Part shown: positions 9,676 through 18,395 of the stretch, piece by piece
Layout: each line of letters starts with the position of its first letter
Position numbering within the stretch: the stretch's first letter is position 1
Notes under the pieces: generated by a model
Databases searched by the model: none
Told to the model about the DNA's origin: nothing
The model's input: only the letters and a program-made list of their open reading frames with translations
Program-made: the position numbers and the translations under genes
NCBI GenBank assembly: GCA_026389925.1
Contig: JAPLGX010000184.1
Location: 1 to 43,721 of the forward strand
Origin: Chloroflexota bacterium
GTDB taxonomy: Bacteria; Chloroflexota; Anaerolineae; Anaerolineales; RBG-16-64-43
Direction of reading: 5' to 3'
DNA: 43,721 bases

Positions 9676-11073
9676 ATGCAGCTTTCCGCGAGCGATCGCA
9701 AACTGAAGTGGTACCACAAGTTGGTTTTCGCCCTGGGCGAGTTTGCACCCTCGGTGGCGGTCGGCACGGTCCTCCCCTTCTACTTCCTCTTCTTCCTCAC
9801 CGACGTCGCCGGGGTCCGCCCAGGCGTCGCCGGAACGATTCTTCTCATCGCGCGCATCTGGGATGCCGTCAACGATCCATTGGTGGGCGTGCTTTCCGAT
9901 CGCACGCGCGGCCGGTTCGGGCGGCGGCGCCCGTACATGCTGGCCGGCGCGGTGCCGATGGCCGTGTTCTACGCGCTGCTGTGGTTCGTCCCGCCCCTGG
10001 CCGCTTCCACTGCGCGCGCCGCTTACTACCTGGTGGTCTACCTGCTCTTCGACCTGGCGTACACTTTCGTCTCAGGTCCGTATTACGCTCTCACCCCCGA
10101 GATCTCGCTCGACACGGACGAGCGCACGTCGATCGTCACCTATCGCGCCGGCGTGTCGATCGTGACCGGCCTCTTGGCGGCGGTGGCCTTGCCGTTCGTG
10201 TTCGAGGCTGCCGGTTCGATGCGGGCCGCTTTCCAGTGGGCAGGCATCGGCATCGGCCTGGTCAGCATGGTGCCCTACTTCGTTCTGGTGGCGGTCGTGC
10301 GCGAGCGCGCAGACTTCCAATCTGCGGGCACGGCCAGTATCGCCCGTTCGGTGCGAGTACTGCTGCGCAACCGCGGCTTCTGGTTGTCGCTCCTCCTGAA
10401 CGGGCTGGCCTGGCTGGCCATCGCGATGGTCGAAGCCGTGTTCGCCTACTTCCTGATCTACTGGACCAAGGTGAGCGAAGCCGACACGCCCATCTTCCTG
10501 GCGACGATCCTGGCCAGCGCGGCATTTTTCCTGCCGGTCGTCAATTGGCTGGCCGGGCGTTTCGAGAAGAAGTGGGCTTTCGTCATCGCCACCGCGGTGT
10601 GGGCGGTGCTGCACGTGGCGTTGTGGTGGGTGCCGGCGGCGGCGGTCGTGCCCGTTTTCATCGTCGCAGTGTTGGCTGGCCTGGGCGTATCCGCAGCGCA
10701 TGTCCTGCCGGCCGCGATGGGTGCGGATGTCCTCGAGTCGGTGGAGTACGAAAGCGGCGAGCGTCAGGAGGGCGTGTTCGGCGGGCTGTCCGGGTTCATC
10801 CAGAAACTGGGCACATCGCTCGCCCTGGCCTCGGTCGGCTGGGTGCTCGAACTCACCGGCTACCAGCCCAATGCCCCGACCCAGGCCCCGGCGGCGCTGC
10901 TCGGCATCCGCGCGCTCAGCACGTGGGTCCCGGCGGCGCTGCTAGTGGCGGCCATCGCCGCGGCGGCAGCCTTCCCCATCACGCGCAGTGTGCATCGCGC
11001 GCTGAACGAGGAGTTGGCGCGGCGCCGCGCCGCCCGGCGCGATCCGCCCGCCTCGCCGCTTGACGCTGGCTGA
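9676..11073 (+). CDS. GPH-family (glycoside-pentoside-hexuronide:cation) MFS symporter
   Basis: LKWYHKLVFALGEF..FLTDVAGVRPGVAGTILLIARIWDAVNDPLVGVLSDRTRGRFGRRRPYML is the classical GPH N-terminal signature, followed by about 12 TM segments. GAGGAG lies 7 nt before ATG 9676. Confidence 0.8.
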   Translation: MQLSASDRKLKWYHKLVFALGEFAPSVAVGTVLPFYFLFFLTDVAGVRPGVAGTILLIARIWDAVNDPLVGVLSDRTRGRFGRRRPYMLAGAVPMAVFYALLWFVPPLAASTARAAYYLVVYLLFDLAYTFVSGPYYALTPEISLDTDERTSIVTYRAGVSIVTGLLAAVALPFVFEAAGSMRAAFQWAGIGIGLVSMVPYFVLVAVVRERADFQSAGTASIARSVRVLLRNRGFWLSLLLNGLAWLAIAMVEAVFAYFLIYWTKVSEADTPIFLATILASAAFFLPVVNWLAGRFEKKWAFVIATAVWAVLHVALWWVPAAAVVPVFIVAVLAGLGVSAAHVLPAAMGADVLESVEYESGERQEGVFGGLSGFIQKLGTSLALASVGWVLELTGYQPNAPTQAPAALLGIRALSTWVPAALLVAAIAAAAAFPITRSVHRALNEELARRRAARRDPPASPLDAG

Positions 11074-11154
11074 ACCCGCGGCTAGACACTCAAGCGCGCG
11101 CCGCTTCACAGACTCCGGTCTGCCTCAGGGGGACCTGCGCACCGCCCGCCTCGC

Positions 11155-12055
11155 CTGCCCTCCTTCATCGTGGTGGGGCTGCCCGACACCGCGGTGCAAG
11201 AAAGCCGCGAGCGGGTGCAGGCCGCGCGTGAAGAACGCCGGCCTGTCGTTTCCTCACCGACGGGTCACGGTCAACCTGGCCCCGGCTTCGCTGCGCAAGG
11301 AAGGCCCGGCGCACGACCTGCCCATCGCGCTGGGCGTACTGACCGCCTCCGGCCAGGTGCCGTTGGCCGGCCTCGAAGGCGCAATGGTCGTCGGCGAGCT
11401 CTCGCTCGACGGCAGCGTGCGCCACGTGCGCGGCGTCCTGCCGATTGTCGCGCTGGCGCGGCGTCAGGCCATCCCGCGCATGTACGTGCCGGCCGTCGAC
11501 TCGCGCGAGGCGGCGCTTGTGCCGGATGTCGAAGTCATCCCGATCGAGAATCTGGCACAGCTCGCCGCGCATCTCGGCGGGCGGCTCACCATCCCCGCGT
11601 TGCGCACCCAGCCCGAGCCGATCGAGGCCGACCTGCCCCCGCTGACGGATTTCTCCGAAGTGCGCGGGCAGGAGCACGTCAAGCGCGCCTTGGAGGTGGC
11701 CGCGGCCGGCGTGCACAACGTGCTCATGGCCGGGCCGCCCGCTGCGGGCAAGACCCTGCTGGCGCGCGCGCTGCCCTTTATCTTGTCGCGCCTGACCCTC
11801 AATGAAGCTCTGGATGTGACCCGTGTCTACTCAGTGGCCGACATGCTGCCGGCCGAGGTGCGCCGCTTCTGCAAACTGGACGAGGCGGGCACGGCTCTGC
11901 TGCGAACCGCCATGGCCCAGTTGCAGCTCACCGCGCGTTCGTATCACCGCGTGCTTAAGATCGCCCGCACCATCGCCGACCTGTCGGGCGCGGAGGTCAT
12001 CCGCCCGGCGCACCTGGCCAAGGCGCTGCAGTATCGCCCGCGGCAGGTTGGCTAA
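11155..12055 (+). pseudogene. comM: ComM/YifB (Mg-chelatase-like AAA+) remnant with N-terminal truncation, a frameshift and a large internal in-frame deletion
   Basis: LPSFIVVGLPDTAVQESRERVQAA (frame of 11170..11805) switches to VKNAGLSFPHRRVTVNLAPASLRKEGPAHDLPIALGVL (frame of 11060..12055). Walker A GPPAAGKTLLARAL is present. After ..VYSVADMLPAE the sequence jumps directly to VRRFCKLDEAG..SYHRVLKIARTIADLSG..LQYRP. Walker B, sensor and Arg-finger regions are absent, roughly 170 aa in full-length ComM. Confidence 0.7.
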
Positions 12056-12372
12056 GGCGCCCGGTTCCAAAACTGCCTTGCCCGAGGCAAATGGCGAGTG
12101 GGTAGCTCGCCTTTCTCGGGGCTGGGCGGGGTTGGCCAGCGCTCTCTCTTGCCGACTCCTTGCGCGAGGCTGGCTCCCCGCAATACGAACGGTGGGAATC
12201 CGTCAAGAAACCCCCACTCATCCTCCATAGAATGAGAATCGCCTGCCGCCGGAATCCGCAGGTTCGTCGCCGTCTACATCGTCGAGGGGGATTTCCGGCG
12301 GCAATGTGATTCCCTGGCATTCATGACGGCGAACTCGTCCCTCGGGTCCACCACCTGGCTGAGGAGGCCGTC

Positions 12373-13620
12373 ATGCATCGCATCCGCACCACTCTTTCCC
12401 TAGTTGTGCTATTCGTCCTGGTGCTCGGCGCAAGCAGCGTTGGCGCCTCGCCGCAACGCGCACCTCAGGCGCGCCCGCTGGCTGACGCGCTGGGCAGCGG
12501 GTTCACCTACCAGGGCCAGCTCAAGCGCGCAGGTGAGCCGCTTACTGACGACTGCAACTTCAAGTTCTCGTTGTGGGATTCGCTCAGTGCGGGCAGTCAG
12601 ATTGGCACGACCGAAACCCGGCTGAGCCTCCCCGTGACGGGAGGGTTGTTCACGATCGAGGATCTCGATTTCGGCTCGAGCGCATTTGCCGGGGAGGCGC
12701 GCTGGCTCGAGATCGCCGTTCAGTGCACCGGCGATCCGGATTATGTGCCTCTCGCCCCGCGCCAGCCCATCACTCCGGCTCCATACGCGCTATACGCGCC
12801 TGAGGCTGGCGAGGCGGAATCGGCGCTGGTCGCCGACAGCGCCACCTTGGCCGATGCGGCGCTCAGCGCTCCATGGTCGGGCCTAACGGGTGTGCCGGCG
12901 GGCTTTGCCGACGACACCGACGATGTGGGCAGCGGCACGGTGACCTCCGTGGCAACCGGTGCAGGGCTGACCGGCGGGCCGATCACCACGAGCGGGACGA
13001 TCAGCCTCTCCACCGGGGGCGTGACGAGCTCCCACATCGCCAATGGAACCATCGTCGCGGAAGATATTTTCGACGGCTCAGCTCTGGACGAGATACTCGA
13101 TGACGATGGCGCGGGTTCGGGGCTTGACGCCGACATGCTCGACGGCGTCCACCTGACAGACCTAGCCACCGCCACGCATGCCCATTCCTCGCTCAGTGCC
13201 TCAGATGGAACCCCGAGCAATGCCGTCTACGCCGACAGCGAGGGACATGTCGGCATTGGCACGATGAGCCCGGGGTCATACATGCTTTCGGTCAACGGCC
13301 CTGCCAAGGTGAGCGGCCTTCTTACCCTACCCTACATCTACAACTACGGCGAAATGCTCACCGGGCTGGCGCCAGGTAACTATAGGGACATCGCCATCGA
13401 GACCATCACGGGCCCGGCCTTCTATCTGGCGACCACCTACAACTCATACTTCAGCCCGAACACAAAGCTCCGCGCCTGGGTCTGGGCAGAGGCACTCAAT
13501 GATGCGGGACCCAGCTTCAACCAGAACAAGTGGTGGGTGCGCGTCGAGAATATCGGCACGGAGATATGCTCCGACTACGACTATGTCGAGGTCATCAAGT
13601 TCGTCGCGTATCAGCCGTAG
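12373..13620 (+). CDS. Secreted tail-fibre-like protein of unknown function
   Basis: Has the signal peptide MHRIRTTLSLVVLFVLVLGASSVGA. GFTYQGQLKRAGEPLTDDCNFKFSLWDS..ARWLEIAVQ..LAPRQPITPAPYALYA is a module common in large secreted or tail-fibre-like proteins. It also has GLDADMLDGVHLTDLA and HVGIGTMSP motifs. GAGGAGG lies before the ATG. Confidence 0.6.
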   Translation: MHRIRTTLSLVVLFVLVLGASSVGASPQRAPQARPLADALGSGFTYQGQLKRAGEPLTDDCNFKFSLWDSLSAGSQIGTTETRLSLPVTGGLFTIEDLDFGSSAFAGEARWLEIAVQCTGDPDYVPLAPRQPITPAPYALYAPEAGEAESALVADSATLADAALSAPWSGLTGVPAGFADDTDDVGSGTVTSVATGAGLTGGPITTSGTISLSTGGVTSSHIANGTIVAEDIFDGSALDEILDDDGAGSGLDADMLDGVHLTDLATATHAHSSLSASDGTPSNAVYADSEGHVGIGTMSPGSYMLSVNGPAKVSGLLTLPYIYNYGEMLTGLAPGNYRDIAIETITGPAFYLATTYNSYFSPNTKLRAWVWAEALNDAGPSFNQNKWWVRVENIGTEICSDYDYVEVIKFVAYQP

Positions 13621-13647
13621 CGATGGGATCACACAGGAGAGTGAGCC

Positions 13648-13938
13648 ATGAGATACGCTAGACGCATCACACCAATGTTCGCCTGCCTCGCCCTTCTGGC
13701 ACTGGTGGTCCCTGCCCTGGCACAATCCGGCGGCGGCTACGAGCTGACCTGGTCCACAATCGACGGCGGCGGCGGCGCAAGTACCGGCGGCGACTACTCG
13801 CTTGCCGGAACCATCGGCCAGCCGGATGCCGGCCAGATGAGCAGCGGCTCGTACGAGGTCGGTGGCGGGTTCTGGTCGGCCTTCAGCGAGGTGGTCTACC
13901 GCATCTTCTTGCCGCTCGTGCTGCGCAACAGCCCTTAG
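13648..13938 (+). CDS. Small secreted Gly-rich protein with GxY-x-L/GTIGQPDAG repeats and a hydrophobic C-terminal tail
   Basis: Has the signal peptide ..CLALLALVVPALA. It contains three short units: GGGYELTWSTIDGGGG, GGDYSLAGTIGQPDAG and SGSYEVGGGFW. The tail is VVYRIFLPLVLRNSP*. AGGAGAG is the RBS, and the gene lies 27 nt after the previous gene. Confidence 0.6.
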   Translation: MRYARRITPMFACLALLALVVPALAQSGGGYELTWSTIDGGGGASTGGDYSLAGTIGQPDAGQMSSGSYEVGGGFWSAFSEVVYRIFLPLVLRNSP

Positions 13939-13971
13939 CCGCGCGGCTGCCTCGGGGGAATGAGACAGACT

Positions 13972-14007
13972 GGGGCTGCCCCTTCGCGAGGCAGCCCCTC
14001 TTCTTTG
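13972..14007 (+). terminator. Rho-independent terminator
   Basis: GGGGCTGCC (13972-13980), a 9-nt loop, GGCAGCCCC (13990-13998), then TCTTCTTTG. Confidence 0.7.
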
Positions 14008-14163
14008 ACTCACATGCACCAGCGCGCATCACGCGCCGTCCGGACGCAGCACATGGGCGTCGATCGCTGACGGGACGTGTACGCATGACTCTCGCGGGCA
14101 GTCATGCGTAAGGCATGCTGTGCCCTCTTCCTGGAAACTCTTGTTGCCTCGAGAGTCTTCGCT

Positions 14164-15471
14164 TCAGGGCGCAACGGTCTCGGGTTTGAGAATCGTCCAA
14201 TCGCGTCCGCCGTTCCGGGTTGCGACGAACGCGTATTCCTCCTGCGCGCGCGACACCGCCCAACCCAGTGTGTCGCTCACAAAACTGAATTGACCTTGCC
14301 ACTTCACTTTGCCCATCTCGCTCCAGGTGTTGCCGCCGTCACTCGTGCGCCGCACAACGGGGCCCACCGCCCAGCCGAGGTCCGGCGTGAGGAACACAGC
14401 CCGCTCGCCAGGGAAGCTCATCGGCAGCCACAAGCGTCCGCTGCTCTCGCTCACGTACAGGTAGTACACATCCGGAGAGGGAGTCTCGTTGTACATGCGG
14501 CAGGTCACGACCATGCGCCCGTGCTGCGGGTCGGGGAAGGATAGGGAGTCCGCGCCGCATGCCACATCCGAGCGCTCGAAAAGATCGGGCGTCTCGGGTG
14601 GGGGCGGCAGGCGCACCAGGTCCCAGGTCTCGCCGCCATCCGGAGTATGGAAGAACAGCACCCCCGGTGCCACGCCACCGCAATCACCCGTCATCCACCC
14701 TTCGAGCGGCGTGGTGAAGAGAAGGCCCGTCTTGTAGCAGCTCTGCACGTTGTCAGTCACGAAGGGATCAACGATTTTTGACCATTGGCGGCCGCCATCC
14801 GTGGAGCGGTAGATGGCAATGTAGTCGTGGTTCATGCCCGCCCCGGCGTGCACCAACAGCCAGCCGTGGTCTGCGTCAACAAAGAGCAAATGCGAGGGCT
14901 GGTAGATTCCCATCAGGGGGTTGATATCCAGCGGCGCACTCGCGGTCCACGTTGCCCCGCCATCCTGCGTGCGCCAGATCAGCGCCACCTGCGGCGTCTC
15001 TCCCGGACTTGCAAGTGAGTACGCCACCCAGGCCGTCGACGAATCGCGGAAGGCACCCACCGCCGTCATGCGCGTCCCGGGTTGTTCGGCTGCGGGCGGT
15101 GAGACGTCGCGCCAGGTGGCGCCGCCATCGCTCGTTCGCAGGATGTGGTCGCTCGCCGTGGCCGGCCCGCCGATGGCCCAGCCGCTTGCGGCATCCACCA
15201 TGCGGATGGTGCGGACCGTGATCTCGAGCCCGGCCTGGAGTTTTTCGATGGGCGGGCCGGCAGGCGCGGGCGTTGTGGTTGCGGTCAGCGTTGGCTGGGG
15301 CAGCGTGGCAGTGGTGATCGGCGTTACGGAAGCTGTTGCGCTCGCCGTCGCCGCCACGGTCGACGTCGGCTCGCCTGGCGGGGCGACATTCACCCCAGGG
15401 AGATTCAATGTGCACCCGGCCAGCAACAGCGCGCCAGCCAGCACACCCGCCAGAGCCGCCATCTTCCTCAT
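14164..15471 (-). CDS. Lipoprotein with a BNR/Asp-box beta-propeller (Ycf48/sialidase-like fold)
   Basis: Has the lipobox LLLAGC after MRKMAALAGVLAGA, then a Thr/Ala/Pro linker. There are six Asp-box repeats: SDGGATW, QDGGATW, TDGGRQW, PDGGETW, SDGGNTW and RNGGRDW. GGAGGGAGG lies before ATG 15471. Confidence 0.8.
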   Translation of the reverse strand: MRKMAALAGVLAGALLLAGCTLNLPGVNVAPPGEPTSTVAATASATASVTPITTATLPQPTLTATTTPAPAGPPIEKLQAGLEITVRTIRMVDAASGWAIGGPATASDHILRTSDGGATWRDVSPPAAEQPGTRMTAVGAFRDSSTAWVAYSLASPGETPQVALIWRTQDGGATWTASAPLDINPLMGIYQPSHLLFVDADHGWLLVHAGAGMNHDYIAIYRSTDGGRQWSKIVDPFVTDNVQSCYKTGLLFTTPLEGWMTGDCGGVAPGVLFFHTPDGGETWDLVRLPPPPETPDLFERSDVACGADSLSFPDPQHGRMVVTCRMYNETPSPDVYYLYVSESSGRLWLPMSFPGERAVFLTPDLGWAVGPVVRRTSDGGNTWSEMGKVKWQGQFSFVSDTLGWAVSRAQEEYAFVATRNGGRDWTILKPETVAP

Positions 15472-15586
15472 GCCGCCTCCCTCCTCACGCGCGGGCAGGC
15501 CCGGATCAACCCGCCGCGCGCGGAACTCGGCGTGACTCTACCACCAGATAGGAGGCCATGGGAATGCTGAACGGGGAACGGCTCTA

Positions 15587-16123
15587 TCAGCCTTCGCGCG
15601 GCGTGGGCAAGCGGATGTGCCAGACCTCCGCGACGAGGGCCGGCACGACGCGCTGCGCTCCACGCCCGACCGCCCAGCGCATGAGCTGCGGGTCGCGCGC
15701 CGCATCGGTGCACAGGAATTCGGGCCGCGGCTGAATGAAGACGCGCGCCAGGTCGAGCCGGTCTGCGTCCCAGCACGTTTGCACGGTGACGTCGGCGGTG
15801 GTGAGCCCGTCGGTGTGCAGTGCGCAGGCCTGGTAGAGCAATTCAAAGTCCGCATCCGGCAGATCAAACCAGGCGCCGCGCAGTGAGGCGGCAAAATCCG
15901 CGCCGCGGCGGCCGTGCAGGTGATCCACCGCCTCGTTCACCCGCCGCGAGTCGTGCATCACAGCGAAGAGGCGCACCACGTCTTCGTTGGCACCGGTGCG
16001 CGGCGCGAGCGCCAGCCCGTTCTCTAGCACGCGCGCCCAATGCGCCACACCGTGGTGTCCGAAAACCGGCAGCGCATAATCGCGCAGTATGGCCTGGATC
16101 AATTCGGGCAAGGCGACGCTCAC
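15587..16123 (-). CDS. HD-superfamily-like small protein of unknown function
   Basis: GHHGVAHWARV..LFAVMHDSRR..HGRRGA..CALHTDG..CWDADRLDL has the His/Asp pattern of HD-type metal-dependent phosphohydrolase relatives. Start is GTG 16123, 17 nt after the acd stop, so it is probably co-transcribed. Confidence 0.5.
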   Translation of the reverse strand: MSVALPELIQAILRDYALPVFGHHGVAHWARVLENGLALAPRTGANEDVVRLFAVMHDSRRVNEAVDHLHGRRGADFAASLRGAWFDLPDADFELLYQACALHTDGLTTADVTVQTCWDADRLDLARVFIQPRPEFLCTDAARDPQLMRWAVGRGAQRVVPALVAEVWHIRLPTPREG

Positions 16124-16140
16124 AGGTTGGCTCCCGTCCG

Positions 16141-18159
16141 CTAACCGGCCTGCGGCTCTTTCGCGACGGCGACCGCACGCGCATCCACGGCAATGGCCCC
16201 GCTGGGCGAGATGATGAGCGGATTGATTTCGACCTCGCTCAGCTCGGGGTGCTCCGCGACCAGGCGCGAGAAATCGAGTATGGCACGCAGCAGCGCTTCG
16301 CGGTCCGCCGCCGCCCCTCCGCGCACACTCTGCAGCAGAGCTGCTCCGCGCAGTTCCTCCAGCATATCCTCGGCCTCGAGCGGCGTCAGTGGCGCCAGCC
16401 GGAAAGCGACGTCCTTGAAGATCTCCGCGTACACACCCCCGATGCCTAGCATGACCACCGGCCCAAACAGCGCATCCTGCTTGCCACCCAGGATCAGCTC
16501 GATCCCGGGGGCCGCCATGTGCTGCACCATAAACCCAAGCGTTTCATCCTGTGCGGCTTTGGGCCGCAGGCGGTCGCCCATCACCTTCGCTGCGGCGGCA
16601 ACTTCTGCCTCGCTGCCCAGGTTAAGGCTCACGCCGCCGCGATCGGTTTTGTGCACAAGCTCAGACGAGATTGCTTTGAGCGCCACCGGGAACCCGAGGC
16701 GCGCCGCCGCGCGTGCCGCCGACTTGGGCGTTCGCGTCACCTCGAAGGCGGCTGGCGCGATCCCATAGCTTTGGCACAACGCGAGCGCGTTGGGCGGGAG
16801 CACCAGCCCCTGGCGCGACGCGTCCACGGCGGAGGCAGGCGCACTTGGTACCGGCGCGCGAGGCTGGGCAGCGTGGCGGCTCAGCCACGCCTGCCTCGCG
16901 CGCGAGGCAGCCAGCCCAATCAGGGCCTCCTCCAGGTCGTTGTACACCGGCATGCCGAATTCGTTTTGGATTCGTTCGCGATCATCGGCGCGCGAGTAGG
17001 CACAGAACGCCACCGGCCGCCCGGTGTTGTGCATGATTTCCTTCACGCGTCCCGCCAATCGATGAGCACTTTCCGCTTCGGCTTCGCCGTAGGTGTTGAT
17101 CAGGAGCACTGCATGCGGGGCGAGCACTTCCAGGCAGCGCGCCACGATGTCGGCATACAAGTTGAAATCGAAAATCACACCCAGGTCGAGCGGGTTGGTC
17201 GGGGCAATGACGTCTGCGCGGAACATCGCGCGCACCGCGTCGACGAAATCCTGAGGCAGCGCCATCAGGCGGAAGCCCAGGCGTTCGGCCATGTCCGCCG
17301 CAATCACCGCGTGGCCGCCGGAGCGGCTGATGATGACCAGGTCGCGCCCGGTGACGGGCGGCAGCGCCAGCGCCTGACCGATCGCGACCGCCTCGCGGAA
17401 GCTCTCGGCGCGCAGGATGCCCGCCTGACGCAGCGCCGCATCCACCACCCGGTCGTCGTCGGCCAACGCCGCCGTGTGCGAGAGCGCCACCGCGCGTGCC
17501 GCCTGGCCACGGTTGGCCTTCTGCACCACCACCGGCTTGGGGCTCGAGCGCGCCAGTTCCACCAGGCGCCGCCCGTCCTCGTCCAAGTTCGTCTTGTTGC
17601 CGATGCTCACGCCCTTGTTGACGCCCACGCCGCCCGCCGAAAGGCGCGTGAGGTAAGTCACCGAAACCCCGCCGCTTTGCGAGATGACCGAGGCCGGCCC
17701 CAGACGCAAATCGGCCGACTCCAGTTGCGCGAAGGGCAGGCATACGCCGGATTCGAGGTTGACCACGCTGATGCAGTTGGGGCCGACGAAACGCATGTCG
17801 TATTGCGCGGCGATCTCCACCAGCCGCTGCTCCAGTTGGCGTCCCGCGGCCGAGAACTCGCTGAAACCGCCGGATTCGATCACCACGCGGCGGGTTCCCT
17901 TGCGCGCACACGTTTCCATCATGCCGGGCACAAGGTGAGCCGGGGTGAGGATCACCGCCAGCTCGATGTGGTCGGGCACCTCTTCGAGCGAAGTCACGAT
18001 GGGCACGCCATGGACTTGACCGGGCTCGCGGCCCACGGCATAGATCGCCCCCGCGTAGCCGAAGGCGCGCAGGTTGCCCACAATGTTGCGGGCCAGGTTG
18101 TCGGGTTTCTCAGAGACGCCGATGACGACAATGCTGCTGGGGTAGAAAATGGAGCGCAT
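16141..18159 (-). CDS. ADP-forming acetyl/acyl-CoA synthetase (fused alpha-beta, NDP-forming family)
   Basis: The CoA-binding N-terminus is SIVVIGVSEKPDNLARNI..AVILTP. FVGPNCISV and SQSGGVS are ligase-CoA domain motifs. The C-terminal ATP-grasp part is FPVALKAISSELVHKTDRGGVSLNL..ELILGG. GGGAGGG lies before ATG 18159. There is a possible in-frame loss after GNKTNLDE (see findings). Confidence 0.8.
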   Translation of the reverse strand: MRSIFYPSSIVVIGVSEKPDNLARNIVGNLRAFGYAGAIYAVGREPGQVHGVPIVTSLEEVPDHIELAVILTPAHLVPGMMETCARKGTRRVVIESGGFSEFSAAGRQLEQRLVEIAAQYDMRFVGPNCISVVNLESGVCLPFAQLESADLRLGPASVISQSGGVSVTYLTRLSAGGVGVNKGVSIGNKTNLDEDGRRLVELARSSPKPVVVQKANRGQAARAVALSHTAALADDDRVVDAALRQAGILRAESFREAVAIGQALALPPVTGRDLVIISRSGGHAVIAADMAERLGFRLMALPQDFVDAVRAMFRADVIAPTNPLDLGVIFDFNLYADIVARCLEVLAPHAVLLINTYGEAEAESAHRLAGRVKEIMHNTGRPVAFCAYSRADDRERIQNEFGMPVYNDLEEALIGLAASRARQAWLSRHAAQPRAPVPSAPASAVDASRQGLVLPPNALALCQSYGIAPAAFEVTRTPKSAARAAARLGFPVALKAISSELVHKTDRGGVSLNLGSEAEVAAAAKVMGDRLRPKAAQDETLGFMVQHMAAPGIELILGGKQDALFGPVVMLGIGGVYAEIFKDVAFRLAPLTPLEAEDMLEELRGAALLQSVRGGAAADREALLRAILDFSRLVAEHPELSEVEINPLIISPSGAIAVDARAVAVAKEPQAG

Positions 18160-18395
18160 ATCCCTCCCGCCTCACGCTAGATGTGGGCTGCAACGCACCG
18201 CGGATCGACGCCGCCCAGGGTAACGGGCGTGCGGCCGGCCGCGGTGAAGGTGGTCTGCTAATTCTAGACCCGAATCGCATCGCCCGTTCACGCAGGCGGG
18301 GTGCGCGATGCGCAGACCCTAGCGTGGTCGCAGCCCAGGCTGTAGTAAACTTCACGGCACTGCGCACTCTCGCCGCCAGGCCCACGAGGGAATGC

